A DNA stretch of 64,000 bases from Pristiophorus japonicus (GCF_044704955.1 NC_091999.1:56606001-56670000); one strand, 5' to 3'. Counted from the stretch's first letter, positions 25,076 to 39,994 are shown. Made by a program: numbers and translations. Notes: generated from the sequence alone by a model not told the origin.

Positions 25076-25343
25076 ATGTATCCATTGACTTCATAAGACA
25101 ATGTCTGTTTGTGTCAACTGAGGCTCAGGGTGTCTCACTTTCTCCGCGGTCTCAGATAGTTTTGGGATGAACTCCCTCTCCAGGGACTATATATCTATTT
25201 ATTGTACAACAGATAGTTATTTTTGCCATGCGTCTGTTAGAGAGACAGAAGCTATATAGACGGTGGATAGATATTACTATAAATAAAGATATTTATGTGT
25301 GTCGGTAGGAGGATGCAATACTTTTTTTTGGTTGGAACATCAG

Positions 25344-25757
25344 TTTAATTTCGTTAATAGCTATCAATAGTTTTGTGTAATGTCGTATTGATCTGGTATT
25401 TTATGGATAATATTTGTGTTGAGAGGATGGGGTGAATCTTATAACAATCTCCCAGAGATGGACTGGGATTGAGGGACAGGACTGAAGGTGAGCAATTCAC
25501 TGCACTTTACACTACTTAGTGGCACCCTGTGTGTTAAAGGTCACTAATTCACACTTGTCTTCTCCTGTGCCAATTGCTCCCAGTTCTTTAATGTTAAGGA
25601 TTGTTTTTCCTGCAGTATTTTCTATTGAGCTTTCACGTGACCCACTGATTGTGTCAGACCGAGCCTGGAACCGTGATCTCACAGAACCGCCATATGGGCG
25701 GCTGCAGGCTCCCAATATCCACCGGAGTTCAATCTCTCATCTGGCTAAGACGATCAA
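25344..25757 (-). other. Conserved terminal-exon-like block (paralog starts 39872, 49820, 58865)
   Basis: Pyrimidine tract plus cAG acceptor in 4/4 copies; short frame V(D/V)RLNQM..DIRTLRPPI.WCCEVTVPGS.*; ATTAAA ~400 nt downstream in 3/4 copies. Confidence 0.35.
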
Positions 25758-26309
25758 CTGAAAAGAGAACACACAAAGTGTTTTCTATATGTGTATGTAT
25801 ATGTGTGTGTGTATGTGTGTGTGTTTATGTACATGTTTGTATGTGTGTGTATGTACAAATTATAATGTGTGCAAGAACATTCCACAAAGTTAAATGATTA
25901 TCTTCAACCATTATTTTTCAGCATTTTATTTTATTCAACAGCTAATTGCCGATCGTTTAATACCTTTAACATTCATTGATAACACATTGTCTTGCACGAT
26001 CTACTTTAGAAAGTGATGTCACACTGACGATTCCCTTACCAAGGTGAACATGTCTGTCCGCTGTATTCAGTGGGAAAAGGGATTACATTACATCGAGGAT
26101 AATGAGCAGCCAGCCACCAGTCTCTGCGCTTTATTGTTCAACAATCATTCACCATCACACAGAATCTCCTGATACACACCTCAAGTATATGATGATTGGT
26201 GCAAGTGATGGTAAACATGAAACTGCACCTGTACCTGGCATGAGGTTAGTATATATGTAATTACCTGACTAATTGTTTCTCTCATTACTGCACTAGACCC
26301 AGGCTCAGT

Positions 26310-27485
26310 TTATATCGTTGATGTGGTGGATTTAGAAAAGGTGTTTGATAAAGTGCCTTGATAATATCCGTGCCAGCAAAGTTGAAACCCATAGCATAAC
26401 AGGGACAGTGGCAGCCTGGATATGAAATTGACTGAGTGACAGGAATCAGAGAGTAGTGTTTTTTTTGGACTGGAGGAAGCTATACAGTGGTGTTCTGCAG
26501 CAGTTGGTGCGAGAAACACTGCTTTTCTTGATTTATATTCATGAATTATATTGGGTGTAAGGGCACAATTTTAATATTTGCAGATGACTCAAAGCTTGGA
26601 AGTATAGTGAACAGTGAGGAGGGTTATTATATATTTCAAAAGGATGTTGACTTGCTGGTAGAATAGACGGATGCATGGAAAATGAAACACAGAAAATTTT
26701 GAAGTGATACATTTTGGTAGGAAGGACGAGGAGAGCCAAAATGAACCAAAGGGTACAATTCCAAAGGGTATGATGAACACAGAGACCTCAGGCTATATGT
26801 GGATAAATCATTGAATGTGGCAGGGCAGATTGAGAAATTGGTTTAAAAAGCATTTGGGAGCATGTGCTTCATAAATAGAGGCATAGAATACAAAAGCAAA
26901 GAAATTATGTAGAACCTGTAAAAAACACTGATTAGGCCTCAACTGGAGTATTGTGTCCAATTCTGGGCACCGCACTTTAGGAAGGATGTGAAGGCCTTAG
27001 AGCGGGTGCAGAAAATATTAACGTGTGGTTCCAGGGATAAGGTACTTCTGTTATGTGGTCTAGTCTGGAGAAGCTGGGGTTGTTCTGCTTAGAGCAAAGA
27101 AGTTTGAGGTGAGATTTGAATGAGGTGTTCAGAATCATAAGGGGTCTCGAAAGAGTAGCTGGAGATGAACTTTTCCCATTGGCAGAAGGGTCGAGAACAG
27201 AGGACACAGATTTAAAGTGATTGACACAACCAAAGGCGACATAAGGAAAACGTTTGTATGCAGCGAGTGGTTATGATCTGAAATGCAATGCCTGAAAGGC
27301 GGGTGGGCGAAGATTCAATCATGGCATTCCAAAGGGAATTGGATAAGTACTTGAAGGAAGAAAATTCACATGGCTACGGGAAAGGACGGAGGACTGGACT
27401 GGTTGAAATTCTCTTGCAGAGAGCGACACGGGTTATAAAGGCCGAATGGCCCTCTTCTGTGCTGTAACCATTCTATGATTCTATA
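26310..27485 (+). mobile_element. Old CR1 LINE fragment in each unit (paralogs 16199-16600 partial, 40510-41655, 50330-51450, 60075-61240)
   Basis: [19 protein letters not shown] and EKLFPLAEGSRTE motifs. Confidence 0.9.
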
Positions 27486-27554
27486 ATACACCAGAGCCTG
27501 TCCTCAGTTATAACTACACAAGACACTGTTCCAGTTTATATAACCCCACACACC

Positions 27555-27950
27555 ATGTTAAATATTCACTCCCTTCACCACCGGCGTACCATGTCTGCAG
27601 TGATTACTATCCACAAGATGCATTGCAGTAACTCGCCAAGACATCTTCGACAGAACTTTCCAAATCTACGACTTCATCCACATAGAAAGACAAGGGCAGC
27701 AGGCTCATGGGAACACCATCATCTCCACGTACCCCTCCAAATCACACACCAATCTGGCTTTGAAATGAATTATCTTTCCTTCATAGACACTCGGCCAAAT
27801 TCTTAAACCCCGTCCCTAACACTGTGTGAGTACCTTCTCCACAAGGTCTGCAGCGGTTCAAGGTGGCAGCTCACCAACTGCTTCTCAATGCCAATTAGGA
27901 AAAGACATTCAATATTGGCCTTGCCAGCGACACCCACACCCATATGTCAG
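27555..27950 (+). mobile_element. LINE 3' end (CR1/L2-like C-terminus LNIHSLHHRRT...) carried in the duplication unit (paralogs ~41735-42070, 51520-51915, 61315-61715)
   Basis: Decayed ORF2 C-terminus ending in an SF....S.SWN.L-type motif plus short A-rich end; clade assignment uncertain. Confidence 0.65.
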
Positions 27951-29896
27951 GAACCAATAAACAATATCCCTGTATCAGTCATTACAGTACTAGCCACTAC
28001 CTCTGTTCGTACTGCATTTGAACTATTAATATTGTACTAGGCCCTGTCTCAGATATTAATGGAATATGCCATGCGTTTGTTCCGATTACAAAAGATCCTG
28101 TCTCTGTTTATATTAAACTAGACAAGGACATTGCTTATATTACAGTAGCTCCATCCTTTAACATTACTGCATTAGAACATGTCTCTTTTTTATTTTAGAC
28201 TAGACCCTGTTACCGTTATTACTGCACGAGAATATGTCTCTCTTTTTTTACACTGCACGCTGTGTCAGGTATTACTGCTCTAGACATATAACTCCCAGGG
28301 CAGATGTAGCATGTGTCAGATACAGAGTAAAGCTCCAACTATACTGTCCCATCACACTTGCACAGAACAATAACAGCACGGGTTAGAGACTGAATGATGC
28401 TCCCTCTATACTGTCCCATCACACACTGCCAGGGCAGGTGCAGCATGTGTCAGATACAGAGTAAAGATACCTCTACACTGTCCCATCAAAAACTCCCATG
28501 CCATTTAATGCACAGGTCACATTTTGGACTAAAACCCCCTCTGTGCACTCCAATCAATTTGGTCCGAGGCAGATCCTTATGGCTGAAGGAAATCTTTTGT
28601 TAGATGTTGACATCTAGTTCTGGGGGAATGTCAATGATCCATTCTTGAGAGATAGGAGGAAAATGGAAAATTGAGAGGCAGAGGATACACAAATATCCAC
28701 TATCACCTTTGTGATGTTGCTGTACATGCTGACGAGAAGCAATCTTTCCCCATTCTGTCCGTGGGTATCATCTTTACTTTATTCTCCTATAATTTAGAGA
28801 AATGTACCAAAAAACAATTGTTGCTGGAATCTGTTGAGAGATTTGCATTTCTCTCTGTCTTTATTTCAATGTTTTGTTGGTGGGGAAACTTTTATTGTGT
28901 CTTTGTTGTTCAATGCTCTAATCTGGGACTTCTATGTCTGTGTTTATTTACATAAATGCCTCACTGCTGGCGATGAAATGTCCATGGCAGCAAAATCAGA
29001 TCAACATAGTCACTTATTGATTGGGCTCAACTCACAACAATGGCTTATTTTAAGAATATTGACAGAAGTAGAAATATGTCGAACAGTGACGTTACCTTCA
29101 GTTTTGTTCAATTGCAACAGATGTGATTTATATCAAAGGGAATAAATATTTAAATGAATAATTCAGTTCTTAAAGGTCTGCTGCTGAAATCAGTGGAACA
29201 TCTCTGAACAGGCTGTTATTCCACTGCATCTCCATTTAATGGAAGATTTAACTAACTGAAACTAAATAATTTAAACCAGTAACCAGAGGAGTGCCGACAA
29301 TCACAGGATTATCTGAGCATTTAACATATTGCAACTTGTATTTTGAAATGTTGATATTTAGATACACATTGCATTCATATAGCGCCTTTCATGATCTCAT
29401 GATATCCCAAAATGATTTACAGACAATGAATTACTTTGGAAGTTTAGTCAATGTTGTAATGTAGGAAGTGTGGCAGCCAATTGCTGCACATCAAGATCCC
29501 ACCAACAGCAATGAAATAATGATCAGATCATCTATTTTTCAGATGTTGGTTAAGGGATAAATATTCGCGCTGTGAACCCTGGAGAACTCATCTGCACTTT
29601 AACAAAGTGCCATGAGTCCTTTAAATCCACCTGAGTGGGAAGAAGGGGAATCAGTTTAATGTCTGTCCTGAACGACAGCACCTCTGACCGTGCTGCACTC
29701 CCTCAGTACTGGCACCGGACGTGTCGGCATAGATTATGGGCTCAGGTCACTGGAGTAGAGTTTAGTGTCTGAATTTCTGAATCAAAGGTGACAGTGATCC
29801 CACTGAGCCGAGGCTCGACCATATCACAGCATGTATTTTAAAATGTTGCCATTCAGCTCATCGTGTCTGAAGTTCAGGGCCTGAGCCCAGTCTTAC

Positions 29897-29968
29897 TCCG
29901 GTCCGTTTATTATCAGGGACGAGTTCTCCTATCTTGCCTGGGATGTCATTCCCACACTGGAATTTCCA
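29897..29968 (-). other. Conserved 72-nt exon-like block of the duplication unit (paralogs 18585-18655, 43804-43875, 53877-53948, 63784-63855)
   Basis: ccAG acceptor in 4/5 copies and GTAA(G/T) donor in 5/5; phase-0 frame WKFQCGNDIPGKIGELVPDNKRTG open in units 2-4. Confidence 0.4.
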
Positions 29969-32682
29969 CTGGATCTATGTAAAAGTGTCAGCGAATACGC
30001 AAGGAACATCTGGAAGTGCCTGAAGCACAAGGACTCACCGATTACACTGTAGTTTTACAGTGTGTCAGATGCACTATCAGAGCAGCTGGAAGCTGGGACT
30101 GTTCTGCTTAGAGCCGAGCAGGTCATGGGCCATTTAATAGACGTGCTCAAAATCAATAAGAATTTTGTTCGGGTAAATTGACATATACTCCATCATTCCG
30201 TCCCTCCATCCCTCCCACACTCCACCCGACTCTACTTCACTCCGTCCCTTCATCGCTTCCTCCCTCCATCCCTTCTATCCTCCACCTGTCTCTCCTTCCC
30301 TCCCTCCCTCCATCACTCCCTCCATCAAACTCACCCTTCCTGCACCCATCCCTCCCTCCCTCCGTCCATTTCTCACCCCTCCAACACGCCACCCCTCCCT
30401 TGCTCCACTTCTCCCCCCTCCATCCCTCCCTCAGCTCAACCGATTATTATTTTTTTCCTTTGCAGTTTTTCTGCTCCCATCGATTAGTATTCCTCAGATG
30501 GAATTTTCTGCACCCAATTCCTTCACCGAGCTTTAATATATATTAACAAATAAGAGAGAGAGCGATGGCTAATATATATATTTAATACCATCCCCCCAAA
30601 AAAACTGACAAGAAATAATATGGCAACATTTCCGGAGAGGGAGTGGCTGGGGAAGTGGCACTGGATAGAAATTCTAGACTGGGCAGTCAGGATATTTTTC
30701 CGTTATGTAATTAAAAAAACAGATAATAATTTTAGAAATTCTTTTAACGCATCATCGACTTCAGCCGCTCATTTTTCCTCCCCTTTCTCGCTGTTGAGGA
30801 CGGGTCAGTGCCGGCCTGGAGCTCGCTGCCATTGTGTGTACCGGACGGTAGGATGCAAGCTCTCGCTACACGGACAGATTTGGAGAAGCTGGGGCTGTTC
30901 TCCTTACAGCAGAGAAGTGTGAGGGAAGATTTACCAGATTGGTACCAGGGATGAATGACTATAAACACGAGTTCGGCCCTAGCTGGAGTATTGTGTCCAA
31001 TTCTGGCCAGCACACTTTACGAAGGACATGAAGACTTTCGCTAGGGTGCAGAAGAGATTTACTGGAAATGTATCAGGGATGGGGATTATAATTATGTGGA
31101 GGAACTGGATAATCTCGGGCTGCTCTCCTTACAGCAGAGAAGTTTGCGAGGAGATTTAGTAAATTATAAGAACATAAGAACATAAGAATGAGGAGCAGGA
31201 GTAGGCCATACGGTCCCTCGAGCCTGCTGCGCTGTTCAATAAGATCATGGCTGATCTGATCATGGGTTCAGCTCCACTTCCGCACCCGCTCTCCATAAAC
31301 CCATATACCCTTATTATTTAAGAAACTGTCTATTTCTGTCTTAAATGTATTCAACGTCCCAGCTTCCACAGCTATCTGAGGAAGGGAATTCCACAGATTT
31401 AGCACCCTCTGAGAGAAGAAATGTCTCCTCATCTCAGTTTTTCATGAGATGAAAACTATTCTAATATCATACCCTCTAGTTCTAGTCTCCCCCATCAGTG
31501 GAAACATCCTCTCTGCATCCACCTTGACAAGCCCCATCATTATCTTATACGTTTCGATAAGATCACCTCTCATTCTTCTGAATTCCAATGAGTAGAGGGC
31601 CAACCGACTCAACTTTTCCTCATAAGTCAGCCCCCTCATCCACGGAATCAACTGAGTGAACCTTCTCTGAATTGCCTCCAAAGCAATTTTATCCTTCATA
31701 AATATGGAAACCAAAACTGCACGCAGTATTCCAGGTGTGGCCTCACCAATACCTCATATAGCTCTAGCAGACTTCCCCGCTTTTATACTCCATCCCCTTT
31801 GCAATAAAAGCCAAGATACCATTGGCCATCCTGATCACTTGCTATACCTGCATACTATCCTTTTGTGTTTCATGCACAAGTACCCCCACGTCCCGCTGTA
31901 CGGAGGCACGTTGCCATCTTTCTCCATTTAAATAATAACATGCTGTTTGATTTTTTTTTCTGCAAAGTGCATGACCTCACATATTCCAACATTATACTCC
32001 ATCTGCCAATTTTTTTCCCATTCACTTAACCTGTCTATGTCCTTTAGCAGATAGTGTGTATATTCCTCACACATTGCTTTTCCTCCAATCCTTTTATCAT
32101 CAGCAAACTTGGCTACGTTACACTCAGTCCCTTCTTCCAAGCTGTGAATGGAGATAGTAAATAGTTGGGGTCCCTGCACTGATCCCTGCAGCACCCCATA
32201 GTTTCTCGTTGCCAACCAGAGAATGAACCATTTATCCGGACTCTCTGTTCTCTGTTAGTTAGCCAATCCTCTGTCAATGCTAATATATTACCCCCGATCC
32301 CGTGAACTTTTATCTTGTGCAGTACCCTTTTATGTGGCACCTTGTCAAATGCCTTCTGGAAGACCAAATACACCACACGCACTGGTTCCCTTTTATCCAC
32401 CCTGTTCGCTACATACTCAAAGAACGCCAGCAGATTTGTCAAACATGACTTCACCTTCATAAATCCATGCTGCATCTGCCTGACCGAATTTTGTTTTTCC
32501 AAATGTCCAGCTACTTCTTCGTTAATAATGGAATCCAACATTTTTCCAACCACGATTAGTACGAGGCATTAGGGACTTCAGTTAATGTGGAGAGACTGTA
32601 GAAGATGGGATTGTTCTACTTGAAGAAGAGAAGTTAAAGTGGAGATTTGATCGACGTGTTTAAAATCATAAAGGGTTTAGAT

Positions 32683-35600
32683 CAATGGTTCTCAACCGGT
32701 CTTCCGCTGCATATTGGTGTGCCGTGAACCCTTCACAGGTGTGCTGGCAAATTGTGTAAAAGTATGGTGGATTTTAGCTGATTTCTCAATGAAACACAAA
32801 CCGTTTCACTCTGAAACAGAAGGGGAGGGGGAGGGAGAGAAACAGAGAGACACATATGTCATCTATCTATATTTATGACGCCACTGCTGTAGTAAATATT
32901 GCCAATATTGACAAATAACTATCTATTTATCTCTATTATTATCAAAAAAAACTATGTTCTAGAGTTGTACAAGTAATGATGACAAGAGATAGCACATACA
33001 AACAATTTAAATGTCCATACTCAGAACAAAGTCCTTTGGCAAAATTTGTTTCCTTTGAGTACTCGACATCGCACAACCCCGCGCCCCCACCCCACCTCTC
33101 TCATTCCCTTACTCCCTCCCATTACTGATAGAGAAGTGCGAGTGCCTACCATCGACTGAAACTGTGTGTGTAAGCGTGTGCTTGTGTGTGTATGTGCGTC
33201 TGTACCAAGGCTTATCCAGGGGGGCAGTTGGGCCATGTCCATGCCCAATCCAAAATAATAGTATTAAATTGTTCATTTGAAAAGCTTAAAATGTAATTAT
33301 TATATTGGATGAAAGAAATGAAAGATGACTCTAACACATATGCAGTAAAATGTGTAGTTTTTATACGAAAATGTCAAACCCTATTTAATTACATTCTTAT
33401 TTATATTTTGTTATTTTTGTTTATTGATTTGCAGCTTGATGTGTGGCCGGGACTGGCGGCATCTTTGATGCTTTGACCTGATATAGCGCCAATTAGCGGC
33501 TCCTTTGATGTAAGCATCATCCAATTTGACCTGGCCTCGCCACTCTAGCGGTTACTTTGATTTCTGAGCGTTCGCTTTTAGCATATTTTGACCACAGTCA
33601 AAATCAAAACTTCCTGTTCAACTCTAGGTTCGTTTCTGTCTGGACTCTGGAGTTTGGAAATTGGAAGACTCAGTTCGTATCTGTCTGGAGTTTGGATCAT
33701 TCAGAAGAAAAATTTTGTCCTCCCAATGGACAAATTCATCATAAGAAAACGTAAAAATGAGCAATGAGATATCAATGACAATGCCACTACAAGTGGCGCT
33801 AGTAGGCCTACAACCAACGCCAGTACAAGCGGCGCCAAACCGAATCCTAAAAAATCCAAAATTCATCGTCAATATATGGAGGATTATTTGAGGTTCACTT
33901 TTTCATGGACAGGAGAAGAAGAATGCCCCATTCCACTGTGTGTTTGTGCGGCAAAAAAACTGTAGAACAGTCCAATGGTTCCCAGGACATTCAAACGTCA
34001 TTGTACTACGAAACATGCACATCTTTCAACAAAAGATCAGATGTATTTTCAGAGATTGATGGCAACGCAATCAAAACAAGTGAAATATTTTGAAAAAAAT
34101 GTTAAGGTAAGTTTCAAATTGCATCTTAGGAAATTGCTGAATTAATAACGCAGAAAATGAAGTCTCATACTGTAGCTGAGTCACGTATGTTGCATGCATG
34201 TCGTAAAATTGCCAAAATAATGCTTGGTGATGCAGCGGAACAAGAAATTGCAAACATTCCGCTGTCTGACGATATAATTCGGAGAAGCATAAATGAAATG
34301 TCACCTAACATTGAAGAAAATGTAGCCAATAAACTTACAAACTCGAATTTTGCTGTGCAAATCGACGTGTCCACCAACATTAGTGATAAATGTTAGCATT
34401 TGTTCGCTTCATTCATGAAAACGAGATAGTTAACCAATTTCTGTGCTGAAGAAAACTTCCCAAAAGTATTAGAGGTCAAGACATATCTGATTCTGTGAAT
34501 TCATATTTAGAAGACTTGAGAATTTCATGGGACTCATGTGTTGGAATCTACACGGACGGTGCTCAATCTATGGTGGGATTTGTCAAAGGGTTCATTACGC
34601 TTGCAAAAAAACATAATCCAAATATATTCCCCCAATGCTTTTTGCATAGAGAAGCACTTGTTACAAAGACATTACTGCTCGAATTAAAATCTGTGTTAGA
34701 TCAGGTTGATAATATTGTAAATTATATAAAATCAAGACCTTTAAAAACTTGCTTGTTAAACAGCTCTGCAAAGCTATGGATGCACAGCACGAATGTTTAC
34801 TTTTGCATACAGAGGTAGGATGGCTTTCAAGGGGAAAAGTCTTATGTCGTGTATTTGAACTTAAAAAAGAATTGTCAGTATTTTTTGAAAAAGAAGGAAA
34901 TGATACCTTTTGCAAATACCTGAAGAGTGAAATGTGGTGTGCTAAGTTGGCATATTTGGCAGCTGTATATAATTGTCTAAACAGCGTTAGTACCAGTATG
35001 AAAGGGCGAAATGAAAACATTCTCACCTCTACAGACAAGCTATTAGCTTTTCAGAAAAACAATTCTCCCTGGAAAAAGAGAGCAACAGAAAAAAAATCTT
35101 AAAACCTTCCCTTTGATACCAAATCACAATATTAAAAAGGTTGCTCCTATTGTGATAGAGCATTTGGCATCACTGGAAGACAGCATCAAAAATATTTTCG
35201 ATCTTTGGATGTAGAGAATATGATTCCATTTTCTCCAACTAATACGTCAGATTTTGATTTTACATTGCAAGAAGAAGAAGAATTGACTTCTACTTCTACA
35301 GACCACAGTCTTAAAATGAAACATTCAGATATGTCTCTTGATGAATTCTGGATTTCTATTAAAGAAGAATATCCTGCAATATCAAAAAAAGCTTTGATAA
35401 TTCTGATGCAGTTTTCTACATCTCTGCGAATTAGGATTGACATCTCTTATGAACATCAAATGCGAAAAAAGGGAAAAACTTATCGAACTTGAACACGAAA
35501 TGAGAGAGGCCGTATCGGTTATATACCCTAATATTAGTGACATATCTAAAAAAACGTCAGGCACAAGTATCACATTAAAATACTAATTAATCTATAATTA

Positions 35601-35842
35601 ACGTGAGGAATTATTATTATAGTTTATTATTTTATTGTTACATTCAGAATAAAAAATAATTAATAACATACATGCATAAAATGTTGTATATCTTCATATA
35701 CTGTGATTCATAAAATGTTTTTAAAATTTTCTGAAACTTGCTTATTTTAACCTGTGTTCACCTTTTAATCCCTTCAAGTGTGCCACCAAAAATTCTAGTA
35801 TACAAAAGTGTGTCGCGAACACAAAAAGGTTGAGAACCACTG
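32683..35842 (+). mobile_element. hAT (Charlie/Buster) DNA transposon, 3,160 bp, decayed ZBED5/SCAND3/FAM200-like transposase
   Basis: TIRs CAATGGTTCTCAACC / GGTTGAGAACCACTG; 8-bp TSD GTTTAGAT (32675-82) / GTTTAAAT (35843-50); BED-finger remnant ~33870-34060; FAVQIDVST, CVGIYTDGAQSM, CFLHREAL and HTEVGWLSRG motifs; many stops and frameshifts. Confidence 0.95.
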
Positions 35843-38800
35843 GTTTAAATAGAGTAAATAAATAGAAATTGATTCAGATATAAGGTGATTGACAAAAGAA
35901 CCAGAGGCGAAATGGACGAAATGTTCTATGCAACCACTGGTTAGGATTTGGGTTGTCCTGCATGGTCCGGTGGTAGATATAGATTCAATAGTTGCCCTTA
36001 AAAGGAAATTGTACAAATACTTGAAGGAGGAAAAAAAATGCAGGGATATAGGGAAAGTGCGCGGGAGTGGGACTAACTGGATTGCTCTTTGAAAGAGCCA
36101 GCACAGACTTCATGGGCTGAATGGCCACGTTCTGTGCTGTACTAATCTATGAATGACCATAACATGGTTGAATTTCAAATTCAGTTGGAGGGTGAGAGAG
36201 TTGGTTCGCAAAGCAGTGTCCAAAGCTTAAATAAAGGAGACAACAAATGTCTGAGGGCAGTGGTGGTTAAAGCGGACTGGGAAAATAGATAAAAGTATGG
36301 GATGGTTGATGAGCAGTGGCAGACATTTAAGGAGATATTTCATAAATCGCAACAAAAATATCTCGCAATGAGAAGGCAAGACTATAAGTGTAGGGATAAC
36401 CATCCGTGGCTAACTAAGGAAATAAGGGATGGTATAAAATTGGAAACAAATGCATACAATGTGGCCAAGACTAGTGGGAGGCGACAGGATTGGGAAACTT
36501 TATAAAGCCAGGAAAGAACAACTAAACAAATTATAAAGAGAGGGAAGGTAGATTATGAAAATAAACCAGCACGAAATATATACACAGATAGTAAGACTTT
36601 CTACAGGTACATAACAAGCAAAAGAGATGCTAAACTAAATGTTGGTCACCAAGAGGATCAGACTGGGGAATTAATAATGGAGAACGGGAAATGACAGACA
36701 CGTTGAACACTTATTTTGTATCGGTCTTCACGGTAGCAGACACAAAAAACATCTTAATAGTGGAAAATCAAGGTACTACATGGAGGGAGGAAATGATTAC
36801 CATCACTATCACTAATGGAGTAGTACTCGGTAAAATAATGGGATTTAAGGCGGACAATTCGCTAGAACCTGATGGCTTACATCCAAAGGTCCTGAAAGAA
36901 GTGGCTGCAGAGATGCTGAATGCATTGCTTGTAATCTACCAAAATTCCTTCGTTTCTGGGGCGGTCCCAGCGGATTGTAAAACTGCAAAGGTAGTGCCTC
37001 TGTTTTTAAAAATAGGCACACAAAAAGCAAGAAACTATAGACTAGTGAGCCGAACATCTGTTATTGGGAAAATGCTGGAGTCCATTGAGAAAGCAGTAGC
37101 GGGACATTTGGAAAAGCATAATTCAATCAAGCAGAATCAGCATAGTTTCATGAACGGGAAATCATGTTTGACAAATTTGGTGGAGATCTTTGAGGATGTA
37201 TCGAGCAGGGTGGATTAGGGTGATCCATTGGATGTAGTGTTTGTGGATTTCCAGAAGGCATTCGATAAGGTGCCACATAAAAGGTTACTGAACGATAAAC
37301 GTTCACGGGGTTGGGGTTAATATATGGATAGAGGATTCGCTAACTAACAGATCGGAGAGTTGAAATCAATTGGTCAATTTCCGGTTGGCAAACAGTAAAT
37401 CGTGGTGTGCCGCAGGGTTCGGGGCTGGAACCTCAACTATTTACAATCGATAGTAATGACTTGGATGAAGGGCTGCAGTGTAATATAGCCAATTTGCAGA
37501 TAATACAAAGATAGGTGCGAAAGAAAATTGTGAGGATGACACAAAAAATCTGCAAAAGGATATGGACAGGCTAAGTGAGTGGGCAAAACTGTACAGAATA
37601 TTGATGATGCCACACTTAGAGTACTGCGTCCAGTTTTGGTTTCCGTATTTAAGAAAGGATATACCTGCATTGGAGGCATTTCATCGAAGATTGATTCCGG
37701 AGATGAGTGGGTTGACTTATGAAGATAGGTTGAGTAGGTTGGGCCTATACACATTGGAATTCAGAAGAATGAGAGGTGATCTTATTGAAACTTATAAGAT
37801 AATAAGGGTGCTCAACAAGGTGGATGCAGAGAGGATATTTCCACTCATAGGGACAAATAAAACTAGGGGATATAGTCTCAGAATAAGGAGCCGCCCATTT
37901 AGAACTGAGGTGAGGGGGAATTTCTTCGCTCAGAGGGTTGTAAATATGTGGAATTCGCAGCCCCAGAGAGTTGTGGAGGCTAGGTCATTGAATATATTTA
38001 AGGTGGTGATAGAAATATCGTTGAGAAATAAGAGAATAAAGGGTTATGGGGATTGCGCAGGGAGGTGGAGCTGAGTCCATGATCAGACCATCCATAATAG
38101 TAAATTGCAGAGCAGGATCGAGTGACCAGGTGGCTTACTCCTGCTCCTATTGCTTATGTTCTTTTGTTTATATTACACTAGGCACTATCTTTGTTGAAAT
38201 TGCACTAAACCTTGTCGTTGTTTAATTACATTAGGCCCTGTCTCTGTTAATATTACACTAAATCCTGTCGTTCTTTATATTGCACTGCGCCCTGTCTATC
38301 TTTATATTGCACTAGGCCCTGTCTCTAGTTATATGACACTAGACCCTGTCTCCCTTTATGTTACACTAGACCCTGTCTCTCTTTCTGTTACACTAGACCC
38401 TGTCTCTGTTTGTATTACACTGGACTCTGTCTCTCTTTATATTTCACGAGGCCCTGTCTCTCTTTATATTACACTGGACCCTGTCTCTCTTTATATTGCA
38501 CTAGGCCCTGTCTCCGTTTATATTACACTAGACACTGTCTCCCTTTATGTTCCACTAGACCCTGTCTCTCTTTATGTTACATTAGACCCTGTCTCCCTTT
38601 CTGTTGCACTAGGTCCTGTCTCTGTTTATATTACACTAGGCCCTGTCTCTGTTTATATTACACTAGACCCTGTCTCTTATTATATTACACTGGTCCCTGT
38701 CTCTCTTGATCTTACTCTAGGCCTTGTCTCTCTTTATATTACACTAGACCCTGTCTCTGTTTATATTACACTAGGCCCGGTCTCTGTTTGTATTACTCGA

Positions 38801-39957
38801 GACCCTGTCTCTGTTTATATTGCACTAGACCATGTCTCTCTTTATATTGCACTGGGCCCTGTCTATCTTTATATTACACTAGACGTTGTCTCTGTTTAAA
38901 TTACGCTAGACCCTGTCTATATTTATATTTCACTAGACCCTGTCTCAGTTTATATTACACTGGGCTCTGTATCTGATTATATTACACTAGACCCTTTCTA
39001 TCTTTATATTACACTAGACCCTGTTTCTCTTTATATTACACTCGACCCTATCTCTTATTATATTACACTGGATCCTGTCTCTCTTTATATTACACTAGGC
39101 CCTGTCTCTGTTTAGGTTGCACTCGACCCTGTCTCCCTTTATGTTACACGAGGCCCAGTCTGCCTTTATGGTAAACTGGGCCATGTATCCATTGACTTCA
39201 CAAGACAATGTCTGTCTGTGTCAACTGGGGCTCAATTTTTCTCACTTTTGCCTCAGTCTCAGATAGTTTTGGGATAAACTCCCACTCCAGGGACTATATC
39301 TCGATTTATTGTACAACAGACACTGTTGTCAGTTACTTCTGCGCTCGACCATGCGTCTGTTAGATAGACAGAAGCTATATAGACGGTGGATTGATGTTAA
39401 TATAAATAAAGATATATATGCGTGAGGGTGGGAGGATGCAATACTTTTTTCGTTGCAAGATACGTTTAATTTTGTTACTAGCTATCAAAAGTTGTGTGCA
39501 AAGTACTTTAGATCTGGTATTGTGACGGTAATATTTGAGTTGAGAGGATGGGGTGTATCTTGTAACAATCTCCCAGAGATGGACTGGGATTGAGGGACAG
39601 GATTGAAGGTGAGCAATTCACTGCACTTTAAACTACTTAGTGGCACTCTGTGTGTTAAAGGTTACTAATTCACACTTGTGTTGTACTGTGCTCATTTCCC
39701 CCAGTTATTTAATTTTAAGGAGTGTCTTTCCTGCAGTATTTTCTATTGAGCTTTCACGTGACCAGTATGTGTCAGACAGAGTCTGGAACCGTGACCTCAC
39801 AGCACCACCGGATGGGCGGCCGCAGGGTCCTAATGTCCACCGAAAGCTATCTCATCTGGTTGAGACGATCAACTGACAAGAGTACAGACAAAGTGTCTGC
39901 TATATATGTGCGTATGTATGTGTGTGTGCGTGTGTGTTTGTGTGTGTGTGTGTGTGT

Positions 39958-39994
<37 letters not shown>

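Larger units (their letters stand above)
16199..27024. repeat. Segmental tandem duplication, unit 1 (~10.8 kb)
   Basis: Colinear landmarks shared with units 2-5: gtggttccagggataagg at 16199/27025/41214/50990/~60786; catggcagcaaaatcagatc-like at 17659/28983/~42904/52957/62864. Confidence 0.95.

Noticed and set aside
26040-26060. 21-nt AG..GTAAG micro-exon in frame with the terminal block
   Set aside because: Its AG is present only in this copy (TG in the other three), so it is more likely the 3' end of a longer block or chance
38333-38976. 188-aa ITLDPVSLY repeat protein (also 24706, 45647, 48579)
   Set aside because: 27-bp satellite; a multiple of 3 gives stop-poor frames
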